DNA of 64,000 nt from an uncultured Bacteroidaceae bacterium. GTDB taxonomy: Bacteria > Bacteroidota > Bacteroidia > Bacteroidales > GCA-2748055. The translations under genes were made by a program, and so were the position numbers. Shown here piece by piece: positions 46,896 through 55,401 of the stretch. Location: contig CAZNFR010000003.1 of NCBI GenBank assembly GCA_964572225.1, positions 326 through 64,325 of the forward strand, in the 5' to 3' direction. Numbering within the stretch: position 1 is the first letter of the stretch; each line of letters opens with the position of its first letter. Below the pieces are notes generated by a model. It ran no database searches, was not told the DNA's origin, and saw nothing but the letters and a program-made list of their open reading frames with translations.

Positions 46896-47993
46896 TTGAG
46901 AAAACTGTTTCATAAAATACTCTTCACGCTAAATATTATCGCAGCCTCCGGACTGCTACTGGCACATTTGTCAACACATATTTCCCCCACATTTTTCTGG
47001 CCGCTTGCATTTTTCGGACTCATTTACCCCTTTTTAATTTTAGGCAACATAATCTTTCTGCTTCTCTGGACAATCCTCTGGAAAAAATATGCTATCCTCT
47101 CCCTCATCATTATCCTGACAGGATTCAATCACCTCCTCAGATCCACTCCTGTATTGTTCAATAAGTCAAAGGATATGGCCGATGTTCCGGTAAATGAGAA
47201 ATTAAAAGTGATGTCCTTCAATGTACGAGCTTTTAACATTTACGAATGGCTGCAGTCCTCTACCACAAACAAGGACATTTTCAATTTCATTCGTAGCGAG
47301 TATCCTGATGTGATCTGTATCCAGGAATACTACACGAATCGCAATGCAAATTTTCACCCACACCGGCATAATGAGCTTTTTGCCAATACTCCGTACAACT
47401 ACATTGAATATTCCATAAAGAATAGTAAGAATACCGGATTCGGAATAGCCACATTCTCTAAATATCCTATTGTGGGAAGGGGAAGCATCAGTTTTCCGGA
47501 TTCCTACAATCGTGCCATATATACGGATATTTTATTCAACGGAGACACAGTGCGGGTCTATAATACCCATCTTCAATCGGTTAGTCTGCGGGCAAACAAT
47601 TACAATTTCATAGACAGCCTGAGGTTCGGTTACCATGAAAACCAGATCAGAGAGCTGCAGGACCTGTCAATCAAGTTAAAATCGGCCTATATTAAACGTG
47701 CCGAGCAGGCTGCCAAAGTCACAAACCATCGCCTGCAATCCGCTCATCCGGTGATTGTCTGTGGAGATTTTAACGATACCCCCGTATCCTTTACCTACCA
47801 TAAAATGAGCAGGGGACTGAAAGATGCTTTCCTTCAAAGTGGAAAAGGAAGGGGAAATACCTATCTTGGAAGGTTTTCACTTCGAATTGACTATATTCTC
47901 TATGACAAGGGAATTGAGGCACTGGAATTTAGCAGGATTGAAGCTGTATTATCGGATCATTACCCCATCCTTAGTACCTTCAGGATTTACTAA
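46896..47993 (+). CDS. Endonuclease/exonuclease/phosphatase (EEP) family protein with N-terminal TM helices
   Basis: 365 aa with a TTG start. It has three N-terminal hydrophobic segments and EEP motifs (VMSFNV, VICIQE, CGDFND, SDHYPI). Confidence 0.75.
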   Translation: MRKLFHKILFTLNIIAASGLLLAHLSTHISPTFFWPLAFFGLIYPFLILGNIIFLLLWTILWKKYAILSLIIILTGFNHLLRSTPVLFNKSKDMADVPVNEKLKVMSFNVRAFNIYEWLQSSTTNKDIFNFIRSEYPDVICIQEYYTNRNANFHPHRHNELFANTPYNYIEYSIKNSKNTGFGIATFSKYPIVGRGSISFPDSYNRAIYTDILFNGDTVRVYNTHLQSVSLRANNYNFIDSLRFGYHENQIRELQDLSIKLKSAYIKRAEQAAKVTNHRLQSAHPVIVCGDFNDTPVSFTYHKMSRGLKDAFLQSGKGRGNTYLGRFSLRIDYILYDKGIEALEFSRIEAVLSDHYPILSTFRIY

Positions 47994-48065
47994 ATATATT
48001 ATTTACCAAGTAAACCAAACCATCCTTCGCTTGTTAGAACAGTAAATCCTTAAAAAAATACAGCT

Positions 48066-48656
48066 ATGGCTTTTACACTGCAGATCGGAGAGAAAGCTCC
48101 CCATTTCGAACTTCTCGCAACAGACGGAAACACCTATAAATTAAGTGATTTTGATGCTAAATACCTTGTTGTCTTTTTTACCTGTAACCATTGTCCATAC
48201 GTGATAGGTTCCGATGAGGTGACCAGGGAAACCGCCAATAAATTCAAGGATAAAGGTGTCCGTTTTGTCGCCATTAACTCCAATTCAAAAAATACTTATC
48301 CTGAGGATAGTTTTGAAAATATGGTGAAGAGAATGGAACAACTGAAATTCCCCTGGGTCTACCTTTACGATGAATCCCAGGAGGTCGCTTTACGCTATGG
48401 AGCCCTTCGTACCCCCCATTTCTATGTCTTCAATGAAGATCGGGAACTCGTGTATACAGGCAGAGGCGTGGATTCCCCAAAATTTATCGATCAGATGAAG
48501 ATTAATGACCTGGACCGTACTCTTTCCGAACTCACGGAGGGTCGTGCGATCTCCCGTAAAGTCACCAATCCTGTCGGTTGTAATGTGAAGTGGGAAGGAA
48601 AGGATAAGCACTGGATGCCCGATGATGCCAGAGATCTGGTGGAAGAAATGGGATAA
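48066..48656 (+). CDS. Thioredoxin-fold (redoxin/AhpC-TSA-like) protein
   Basis: 196 aa with [14 protein letters not shown] (CxxC), and no signal peptide. Confidence 0.7.
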   Translation: MAFTLQIGEKAPHFELLATDGNTYKLSDFDAKYLVVFFTCNHCPYVIGSDEVTRETANKFKDKGVRFVAINSNSKNTYPEDSFENMVKRMEQLKFPWVYLYDESQEVALRYGALRTPHFYVFNEDRELVYTGRGVDSPKFIDQMKINDLDRTLSELTEGRAISRKVTNPVGCNVKWEGKDKHWMPDDARDLVEEMG

Positions 48657-48677
48657 AAGAGCCTGGTTATGATTTAC

Positions 48678-48727
48678 CCCGGGGTCTAAATTCCACTGGT
48701 ATACCAGGGAATCGAACCCCGGGTTTT
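48678..48727 (+). terminator. Candidate terminator between convergent genes (compound GC hairpin)
   Basis: CCCGGGG (48678-48684) pairs with CCCCGGG (48717-48723) and is followed by TTTT. The inner palindrome is CTGGTATACCAG. Confidence 0.45.
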
Positions 48728-48732
48728 ACACC

Positions 48733-49527
48733 CTATCTTTTTACAATAACCCTTCCTGTGAGAATCTCATCCTTACGTGTATCGAGCCTGTAAAAATACA
48801 ATCCGTTGTTTAGAGCAGCCGTATTTACCCTCAGTTCCTGTTCACCAGGCCCAAAAGTTTCTTCCTGCCTGATTCCGGTTTCCTGACCCAGGCTGTTCCA
48901 TAAACTCAAACTTACCCGGCTGTCTCCGGCAAGACTGAAACGAATGTTTACATGGTCATCTGCCGGATTCGGATACACTTCCAGGATCCTGTCCGATCCG
49001 TTCACATTAAAAATACCGTTGGAAGCAAGCATCAGATATTCATCAATAACCTCAATTGCATCATCAAGTTGCTGACTGGCTAGGGTGGTTCCCTTAAATC
49101 TGATGATCCCTTCCTGATCAACAACAATCAACCGGTCATAGGTAGTGCCATAACTCTGTGCCACGGCACCTGCTTTTACCAAAAGCGGATATGTGATCCC
49201 GGTACTTTCAGCAAAATTATTTACCGAGGTTACCGTTGAACTTGAGTTCCAGATATCCAGACCTACCGCCACAAAGTTCTCATTACTTCCATAAACCTGA
49301 TTAACCTTCGTTTCGGTCTGATTTCCAAAACCAAGACAACTGGGGCAGGTATTTCCAAAGAGGAACATAAAAACTACTTTTCCTCTGTGGTCAGAGAGGG
49401 TAAAAGCTTTCCCGTCAGTATCGTTAAAACTAAATTCGGGAGCTTCATCCCCGACATTTTGTGCTAGCAAGACCGGGATCCCGATCAGTAATCCAATAAA
49501 AAAAGCGCCAAGTTTCTTTGTATTCAT
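48733..49527 (-). CDS. Secreted thioredoxin-fold (CxxC) protein with a T9SS C-terminal sorting domain
   Basis: The signal peptide is MNTKKLGAFFIGLLIGIPVLLAQ. The redoxin domain is VVFMFLFGNTCPSCLG. The C-terminal part, about 80 aa, reads EVYPNPADDHVNIRFSL...LNNGLYFYRLDT...GRVIVKR and is a canonical Por secretion tail. Confidence 0.8.
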   Translation of the reverse strand: MNTKKLGAFFIGLLIGIPVLLAQNVGDEAPEFSFNDTDGKAFTLSDHRGKVVFMFLFGNTCPSCLGFGNQTETKVNQVYGSNENFVAVGLDIWNSSSTVTSVNNFAESTGITYPLLVKAGAVAQSYGTTYDRLIVVDQEGIIRFKGTTLASQQLDDAIEVIDEYLMLASNGIFNVNGSDRILEVYPNPADDHVNIRFSLAGDSRVSLSLWNSLGQETGIRQEETFGPGEQELRVNTAALNNGLYFYRLDTRKDEILTGRVIVKR

Positions 49528-49538
49528 AATATTTCCTC

Positions 49539-51059
49539 CTAAAATTTAGTCGTTAATCGTAATTCCACGCCTTCAAAATCCAGGACTTCATAACAAATTC
49601 CTGAAGTACACGCCGGTCCACCTCTTCTTTGTCCAGCAAAGAGTGAGAGTTTATTGGACCGATTAATTTTATATGCAATATTTGTGCCCCACCATTGTCT
49701 TCTTCCGGTCTCTACTCCGGAAGTTTCAACCAGATCGACCAATATCGGATCTGTGCTGGATTCATGGACAAGGGAAACATTGAATGCAGAAGATTTGAAT
49801 ACGGAAAGGACAATTACCGTATTATCGATCTCCGGATTGCCACCCAGCTTTCTCTCAAAAAATTGATACTCTGCCTGCAGAGACGCACCCCACTCATTCC
49901 TGATCATACTTTCCAGCAGAAATCCCCCGCTATATCGCTGGTCTTCACGTTTGAAAGGATCCTCGCTGTAATCAACAAAAACTCTTAGATTATCGTACTC
50001 CCTGAATCCAATCTGGTACTCGAGAAAGTACTGCTGAAAAACAAAATCTTCAAATAACTCATTTCTGGTTCGAGCATAATTAAGGGTTAATAGATCCCCA
50101 TTACCGGTATTAATAAATAGCTCGGCCTGTACCCCACTCTCATCGGTAAGGTCAGGCACATGAATACTCCTGTTCAGGACCTTGTAGATTTGCTCCTTCA
50201 CAAGAGTAGGAGGATCACTGATCCCGGATCCTATAAAAATATTTTGATAGTTCTTGTACTCAAGGGATAATCCGGCTGGTCCGGCACTTAAGTTCAGGCT
50301 GACATAAACCCCGAAAGAGGAATTATCGTCATACCTAAAATAAGGTCCCTCATCAAGCCCTTTGGCAACTTCTGCATTGTAGGAAAGAAAGGAACTCAGG
50401 CTCCCTTTCAGAAAAAACGACAGGTAGTCCCGGGTTGTTCCGGAATTGTGGTTGCGAAGAAATATAATTCCGGGGGTCTGATTCAGAACCCTTCCTTCTG
50501 CCTGAACCGCCTCGGTAAGGTCCGGCCTTCGCTCCTTCTCTTCGAATGTGGGGGGAAAGAGGTTAAACAAAGTCCTTGCCCTGAGAGCCTTTACCCTGAA
50601 AAACTTGTGATTATAGCTGGCTGAAAAGCCTTTGAGATCCCTGTAAAAACCATGTCTGACCCGGAATGCCTGATCTTCGTAGATGGAGCCGGGTATCTCA
50701 AAAGACCGTAGCAGTATCCCGTTACCAAGGGTTTCATTAAAGTGCCCCACCTGCAATTCCAGTCCTTTATCCCGGTAATTCAGATTATATTGGGATAATC
50801 GGTAATATTCCATATCAGGATCCGGATGATTGAATTGTTCGTAACGGAGTGAAGCCCGTATATTTCCATAGCGGTAAAGAAGGTTCATACGGTTGTAAAA
50901 TGTACTCAGATCGGAGGGTTCGCTGCCTGGCACATTGCCCAGTTGATACTCAGCAAGGTTGTTCCCCTGCAATTGGGCCTTTACCTCGGATGAGAGGATA
51001 AGAATAAGTAAGAGCGAGCCAGAAATTGTCCGGAATCCCATAATCAGGCATTTATTCAT
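49539..51059 (-). CDS. Hypothetical outer-membrane beta-barrel protein
   Basis: 506 aa with a signal peptide ...LSSEVKAQ, a pervasive amphipathic beta-strand pattern and a C-terminal ...LRLTTKF (terminal Phe). Its start overlaps the upstream thioredoxin stop by 8 nt (ATGAATAA). Confidence 0.6.
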   Translation of the reverse strand: MNKCLIMGFRTISGSLLLILILSSEVKAQLQGNNLAEYQLGNVPGSEPSDLSTFYNRMNLLYRYGNIRASLRYEQFNHPDPDMEYYRLSQYNLNYRDKGLELQVGHFNETLGNGILLRSFEIPGSIYEDQAFRVRHGFYRDLKGFSASYNHKFFRVKALRARTLFNLFPPTFEEKERRPDLTEAVQAEGRVLNQTPGIIFLRNHNSGTTRDYLSFFLKGSLSSFLSYNAEVAKGLDEGPYFRYDDNSSFGVYVSLNLSAGPAGLSLEYKNYQNIFIGSGISDPPTLVKEQIYKVLNRSIHVPDLTDESGVQAELFINTGNGDLLTLNYARTRNELFEDFVFQQYFLEYQIGFREYDNLRVFVDYSEDPFKREDQRYSGGFLLESMIRNEWGASLQAEYQFFERKLGGNPEIDNTVIVLSVFKSSAFNVSLVHESSTDPILVDLVETSGVETGRRQWWGTNIAYKINRSNKLSLFAGQRRGGPACTSGICYEVLDFEGVELRLTTKF

Positions 51060-51528
51060 TCAAATGCTTATTGAGCTCATCTCTTATAACGTCCTGATCC
51101 CCGGGCTTAAATCCCTCATGGCTGAATACCACCTCCCCATCCGAATTATAGATGAGCAGGGTTGGCACGAACACCACGTTCATTTCTTTCATAGCCTCCT
51201 GATCGGGATCCAGGAGAACAGGATAGTTGATCCCGGAGGAATTGGAAAAAGGTTTTATCTTCGACTGGTTGCGAGGTGAGTCGATGTTAATCCCGATAAA
51301 GTTAACACCCTTATCCCTATATTCATTGTTAAGCTTTATCAATTCCGGGATGGAAAGCAGACAGGGTTTGCACCAGGTTGCCCAAAAATCAACCACGGTA
51401 AGTTTTTCACCAGACCTATCGGGAAGAGATTGAAACTGATTATTCATATCGTAGAGATACAGATCAGGCAGCTGAGCCACCACCGGGGTAGCGGCAAACA
51501 GGAAAAAAGCAATTACGGTTTTTTTCAT
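51052..51528 (-). CDS. TlpA family periplasmic thiol:disulfide oxidoreductase
   Basis: 158 aa. The signal peptide is MKKTVIAFFLFAATPVVAQ and the canonical active site is VVDFWATWCKPC. Confidence 0.85.
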   Translation of the reverse strand: MKKTVIAFFLFAATPVVAQLPDLYLYDMNNQFQSLPDRSGEKLTVVDFWATWCKPCLLSIPELIKLNNEYRDKGVNFIGINIDSPRNQSKIKPFSNSSGINYPVLLDPDQEAMKEMNVVFVPTLLIYNSDGEVVFSHEGFKPGDQDVIRDELNKHLNE

Positions 51529-51594
51529 GGTAAGTGCAATGTGTTTCCAGCTTAGTCGATCAAAGAAACCAATACTTACCTCTTTTACAGTTTT

Positions 51595-52272
51595 TTAAAA
51601 AGGAGGCAAAAGATCATGAATGTTGAAAGGAATAAGTCCGAACTCCTTCCTTAACAGGAACAGGGAAAGATCGAAGACCTGAGCCTGGGTGAGATCAATG
51701 ATTACCGAATCGCCGGTGGCAATAAAATCGCCCGGTTCTGCCTGCCCAATAATTTGTTTATCAGGGGAATAACAAACATTCGAACTGCCTGCAATATTTT
51801 GAAGGCTCATAAAGCTTCTGAGCTCTGCACCAAGCTTACCACTGTTTGAAACCGGTGCGTCAATGAAAAGCAGATAATTCAGGGAGGAGTTTTCTGTCAT
51901 GAAGTTCTTCAATAATTCCAGCGATCGGGACAATAGCTTTTTGTTTGAAAAACGTCCTCTTAATTCACCGGCATCACGCAATAATCCGTCGTCTGAGATA
52001 AAAACCGGTCGACCCTGCAAATAGTTTCCAATCACAAAAAGGATGTTATAAACATCAATATATAAACTCCCTTTTAGAGGCTTGCCTGCGAGTTTTCCAA
52101 AACGTTGGCATGCCGATTTTGCTTCGCTTGTTCCCCGATACAAAATGCTTCTTTCTGAGCGCGTAAGCTGGTACTTATTACCCACAAGATTAAGAGTGGC
52201 CTTCCTGGGGTATCCCCGGTTAAGCAGGTAACGGTAATCATGCAAAGCAGAAATCAGTGCATCTGAAAACAC
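51595..52272 (-). CDS. Hypothetical protein
   Basis: 225 aa with a GTG start, 31 nt downstream of the DHOD-like gene. The N-terminus is LHDYRYLLNRGYPRKATLNLVGNKYQL. Conserved-looking acidic positions occur in the C-terminal half (IDVYN, DAPVSNSG, TGDSVIID). I cannot name the family. Confidence 0.45.
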   Translation of the reverse strand: MFSDALISALHDYRYLLNRGYPRKATLNLVGNKYQLTRSERSILYRGTSEAKSACQRFGKLAGKPLKGSLYIDVYNILFVIGNYLQGRPVFISDDGLLRDAGELRGRFSNKKLLSRSLELLKNFMTENSSLNYLLFIDAPVSNSGKLGAELRSFMSLQNIAGSSNVCYSPDKQIIGQAEPGDFIATGDSVIIDLTQAQVFDLSLFLLRKEFGLIPFNIHDLLPPF

Positions 52273-52303
52273 AGATCAAGGATTTATCAGGGTTTTGGCA
52301 TTG

Positions 52304-53302
52304 TTAACCCTGGTGCCCCCTAAAGTACTTCATAAATTGAACCCGCTGAAATGCAGCCGGATTTGCAGTTTCGTGCTGACTCATCATGCCGCGGAAATCG
52401 TCAATGGATTTGTAATCATTCTTCTCCATCCATTTTTTTAGCTCATTAAGCATTTCAGCTGCATACTCCACCCCGTTTTTATAGAATGCAGAAGCTACCT
52501 GAACCGTATTGGCACCAGCAAGCAACATTTTAATCAGTGTGCGGCCGTCATGCACGCCGGTAGAAGCGGAAAGGTCACATTTTACATGATCTCTCATAAT
52601 CGCGATCCATCGCAAAGAGTTGGAAAAATCGCCCGGACCGCTTAACACGGAAGCAGTAGTCACTTCCATGGTATCAATGTCAATATCAGGACTATAAAAC
52701 CGGTTAAAGAGCACCAGGGCCTTAATGCTTGTTTCAGAAAATTTTTTCAGGGTGATGGCCAGATCCGAAAAATAAAAACTGACCTTAAGAGAAACAGGAA
52801 TCTTAACCTGGGAAGTAACCTCCCTAATAATATCGAAATAAATCCTCTCATTCTCCTCCTTGGACCGATTAAGGTCTGAAGGCATTATGAAAACATTCAG
52901 CTCAAGTGCGTCAGCTCCGGCAAGTTCCAGTTCACGCGGGAAAAAGGTCCATTGGTCTGCCGTTACACAATTAATGCTTGGGATAACAGGAATACCCAGC
53001 TTGTCCTTGGCCTTTTTGACCAGATCGAGGTATTGGTGAGTGCTTTCACGGTCGGCATCTTCATGGTAATCATAAAACTCCAGGGTTTCCGGATAGATAA
53101 ATCCGGATGAGGTCATCTGCGCCAGCTTTGCTTCTTTTTCAAGACGTATTTCTTCTTCGAAAAGAGATTTAAGGACCACGGCTCCCGCTCCGAATTCCTC
53201 AAAACGTTTAAGATTAGGGACATTATCAGTAAGGCCTGAAGATGCTGCGATAAGGGGACCCGGGAGAGTGAGCCCCATGTAGTTAACGGAAATATCGATC
53301 AT
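52304..53302 (-). CDS. Dihydroorotate dehydrogenase-like TIM-barrel flavoprotein (non-canonical, catalytic Cys/Ser absent)
   Basis: 332 aa with MGLTLPGPLIAASSGL and class-1 DHOD-like topology. Where DHOD and DPD have ELN(I/L)SCPN, this protein has ELNVFIMPSD (52874-52912). Confidence 0.7.
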   Translation of the reverse strand: MIDISVNYMGLTLPGPLIAASSGLTDNVPNLKRFEEFGAGAVVLKSLFEEEIRLEKEAKLAQMTSSGFIYPETLEFYDYHEDADRESTHQYLDLVKKAKDKLGIPVIPSINCVTADQWTFFPRELELAGADALELNVFIMPSDLNRSKEENERIYFDIIREVTSQVKIPVSLKVSFYFSDLAITLKKFSETSIKALVLFNRFYSPDIDIDTMEVTTASVLSGPGDFSNSLRWIAIMRDHVKCDLSASTGVHDGRTLIKMLLAGANTVQVASAFYKNGVEYAAEMLNELKKWMEKNDYKSIDDFRGMMSQHETANPAAFQRVQFMKYFRGHQG

Positions 53303-53521
53303 TACGGAGATTTTTGAGTTAAAACAAAATTAGGCAATTTGAATATCAAATAAAATAGAAACAGACTCAAAAAACCTGTATGGATCAGTTATTAACAATG
53401 TTTAAAAATATTTATGGCAATTAATCCAAGCTTTCCATATTTTTGTTAAAAACTCAGAGCAGGAGCGTTAAAACCAAGAGTGAAATAAAACCTGCATCTG
53501 AATAATCTAAATCGGGTCACC

Positions 53522-54004
53522 ATGAAAAAAATCAATCTTATCCTGTTACTTGCATTAACGGTTTCTATTACCTCCTGTAAGGATGGCAAGTGGTTCTGGC
53601 AAAACGAAGAAAGCAATAAAAACTCCGGTGAACTTGTCGAAGAGAATGAAAAATTTCAGAGGGAAATAGACAGTCTGCAAAACCTCTACGAATCAGAAAT
53701 TATGCAGATCAGAACCGATTATGAACGTAAGCTTGCCAATCTTCAGCAGGAACTGGAAGCCGGGAAAGTTGCTGAAAAAGGAGCTTACTATGTAATTGTA
53801 GGCAGTTTCAAAAACCGGAAATATGCAGAAGAATATGCCGGTAAAATCAAGCAGATGGGGGGAGAAGGAAATATCATCCAGGGTCCCAATAATTTCCTAC
53901 TAGTAACCGAGGGTTCCTATTCCACTCTTAATTCGGCCCTTTCACCCCTTACCGATGCAAGGCAAAAACTGGCCTCAAAAGCCTGGGTTTTTTTTAACGA
54001 CTGA
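53522..54004 (+). CDS. SPOR domain lipoprotein
   Basis: The lipobox is SITSC. A coiled-coil segment is present, and the C-terminal AYYVIVGSFKNRKYAEEYAGKIKQMG is SPOR-like. Confidence 0.7.
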   Translation: MKKINLILLLALTVSITSCKDGKWFWQNEESNKNSGELVEENEKFQREIDSLQNLYESEIMQIRTDYERKLANLQQELEAGKVAEKGAYYVIVGSFKNRKYAEEYAGKIKQMGGEGNIIQGPNNFLLVTEGSYSTLNSALSPLTDARQKLASKAWVFFND

Positions 54005-54008
54005 TCTT

Positions 54009-55217
54009 TTAAGCCCCACCCGTCATAATAAACAAGGGTTGGAATTCAAAGCTTTTATAATGGGGTCTGTACCGATCTACGTTATAATGTTTCTTAACAT
54101 CCACCAGTTTTTTGGATGAGGTTACCACATCCAGAGGTGCATTATCATACCGCCCGTTCCTTAGAACGATAAGGCGGCCATGAATGCCTTTCAAAACCAA
54201 GTCCAGGGCCAGATTTCCATAGGCCATGGGTACAATGGAATCGATGGCATCCGGATCCCCTCCTCTGACCAGATAGCCGAGCTTCTGATTGATTACATTG
54301 ATGGTCTTGTTGTTGTTAAATTTTGGAGAAATCTCCTTGATCTTTTTCGAAACAATATCTCCTATCCCCCCAAGCTTGGCATGACCGAACATATCTTTTT
54401 CGGTCGACTCAAATACCATCTCATCCAAACCTTTGAAACGGGCTCCTTCAGATACAAGCAAAACAGAATAACGGCTGGGATTCCGCAACCGGTCCTCACA
54501 CAGAAGCCGGGTTAATTTCTCAATGTCAAACTCGTATTCGGGTATGACACAACGGTTGGCCGACCCGGCCATGGTGGGAAGCATGGCGGTATAACCCGCA
54601 TACCTGCCGAAAACCTCAAGAACCAGGATCCTTTCATGAGATCCCGCTGAGGTTCTAAGCGTATTGGTCATATGAATGGTGCGGGTCACGCAGGTACTGA
54701 AACCTATACAGTAATCCGTTCCGGGTACATCATTGTCCATTGTTTTGGGAATGGCAATAACCTTTACCCCTTCCTGATATAAACGGACACCGTAGGAAAG
54801 AGTATCATCTCCTCCGATCGGAATCAGATAATCGATACCCAGAAATTCCAGGTTCTTCAATACTTCTTCGGTAAGATCATTAACTTCCTTAGTATACTTC
54901 TCTTTCAGATGATCGGGTACGAACTCTTTGGGAACATGACTCGGTCGGGTTCTGGAGGTATGAAGGAAGGTGCCCCCCGTTCGTCCGGCCTTGTTTACGA
55001 TTTCTTCCGACAGTACCATATAGCGGTCACTGTTATCGGCCTTCTTATCCCTCTCCAGTTCAATGATCCCTGCCCACCCACGGCGAAGACCCAGTACCTG
55101 ATATCCTTCACGTAAGGCCCGGATGGTGATGGCTCTGATTGCGGGATTTAACCCTGGTACATCTCCTCCACCGGTAAGGATCCCTATTGTACCCTTTTTC
55201 TTGCGAGAATCTGCCAT
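54009..55217 (-). CDS. 6-phosphofructokinase, PPi-type signature
   Basis: 402 aa with IGILTGGGDVPGLN, IGGDDTLS and IPKTMDNDV. Asp and Lys occupy the positions equivalent to E. coli PfkA Gly104 and Gly124. Confidence 0.8.
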   Translation of the reverse strand: MADSRKKKGTIGILTGGGDVPGLNPAIRAITIRALREGYQVLGLRRGWAGIIELERDKKADNSDRYMVLSEEIVNKAGRTGGTFLHTSRTRPSHVPKEFVPDHLKEKYTKEVNDLTEEVLKNLEFLGIDYLIPIGGDDTLSYGVRLYQEGVKVIAIPKTMDNDVPGTDYCIGFSTCVTRTIHMTNTLRTSAGSHERILVLEVFGRYAGYTAMLPTMAGSANRCVIPEYEFDIEKLTRLLCEDRLRNPSRYSVLLVSEGARFKGLDEMVFESTEKDMFGHAKLGGIGDIVSKKIKEISPKFNNNKTINVINQKLGYLVRGGDPDAIDSIVPMAYGNLALDLVLKGIHGRLIVLRNGRYDNAPLDVVTSSKKLVDVKKHYNVDRYRPHYKSFEFQPLFIMTGGA

Positions 55218-55323
55218 TTTAACACTGTTTTAAGTTTGAGTATTCGGAATTGTGTAAAAATAATGGAATTAGAATTATGAAGCAAGGGGAGGAAAGTGGG
55301 AGTTTGAACTTGAACATGATAAA

Positions 55324-55349
55324 ATTGCCCGGGGGTTGCCCCGGGCAAT
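55324..55349 (-). terminator. Rho-independent terminator candidate after the 55402-56622 PFK gene
   Basis: A perfect 11-bp stem ATTGCCCGGGG/CCCCGGGCAAT with a 4-nt loop. On the minus strand it is followed by TTTAT. Confidence 0.55.
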
Positions 55350-55401
55350 TGCAGACTAGAAACAGAAATTATGGTTCAAGAATAATGAAGCGCAGAGCTG
55401 A

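Noticed and set aside
48690-48727. A tRNA-like T-arm on the minus strand (CGGGGTTCGATTCCCTG followed by GTATACCA). This suggested a tRNA gene, or a tRNA 3' fragment marking an integration site.
   Set aside because: The sequence upstream on that strand runs into the CDS 48733-49527 and provides no matching acceptor 5' strand, D-arm or anticodon arm, so it is not a tRNA. There is no integrase or repeat partner in the window to support an att remnant. It is better explained as part of a GC-rich terminator hairpin between convergent genes.
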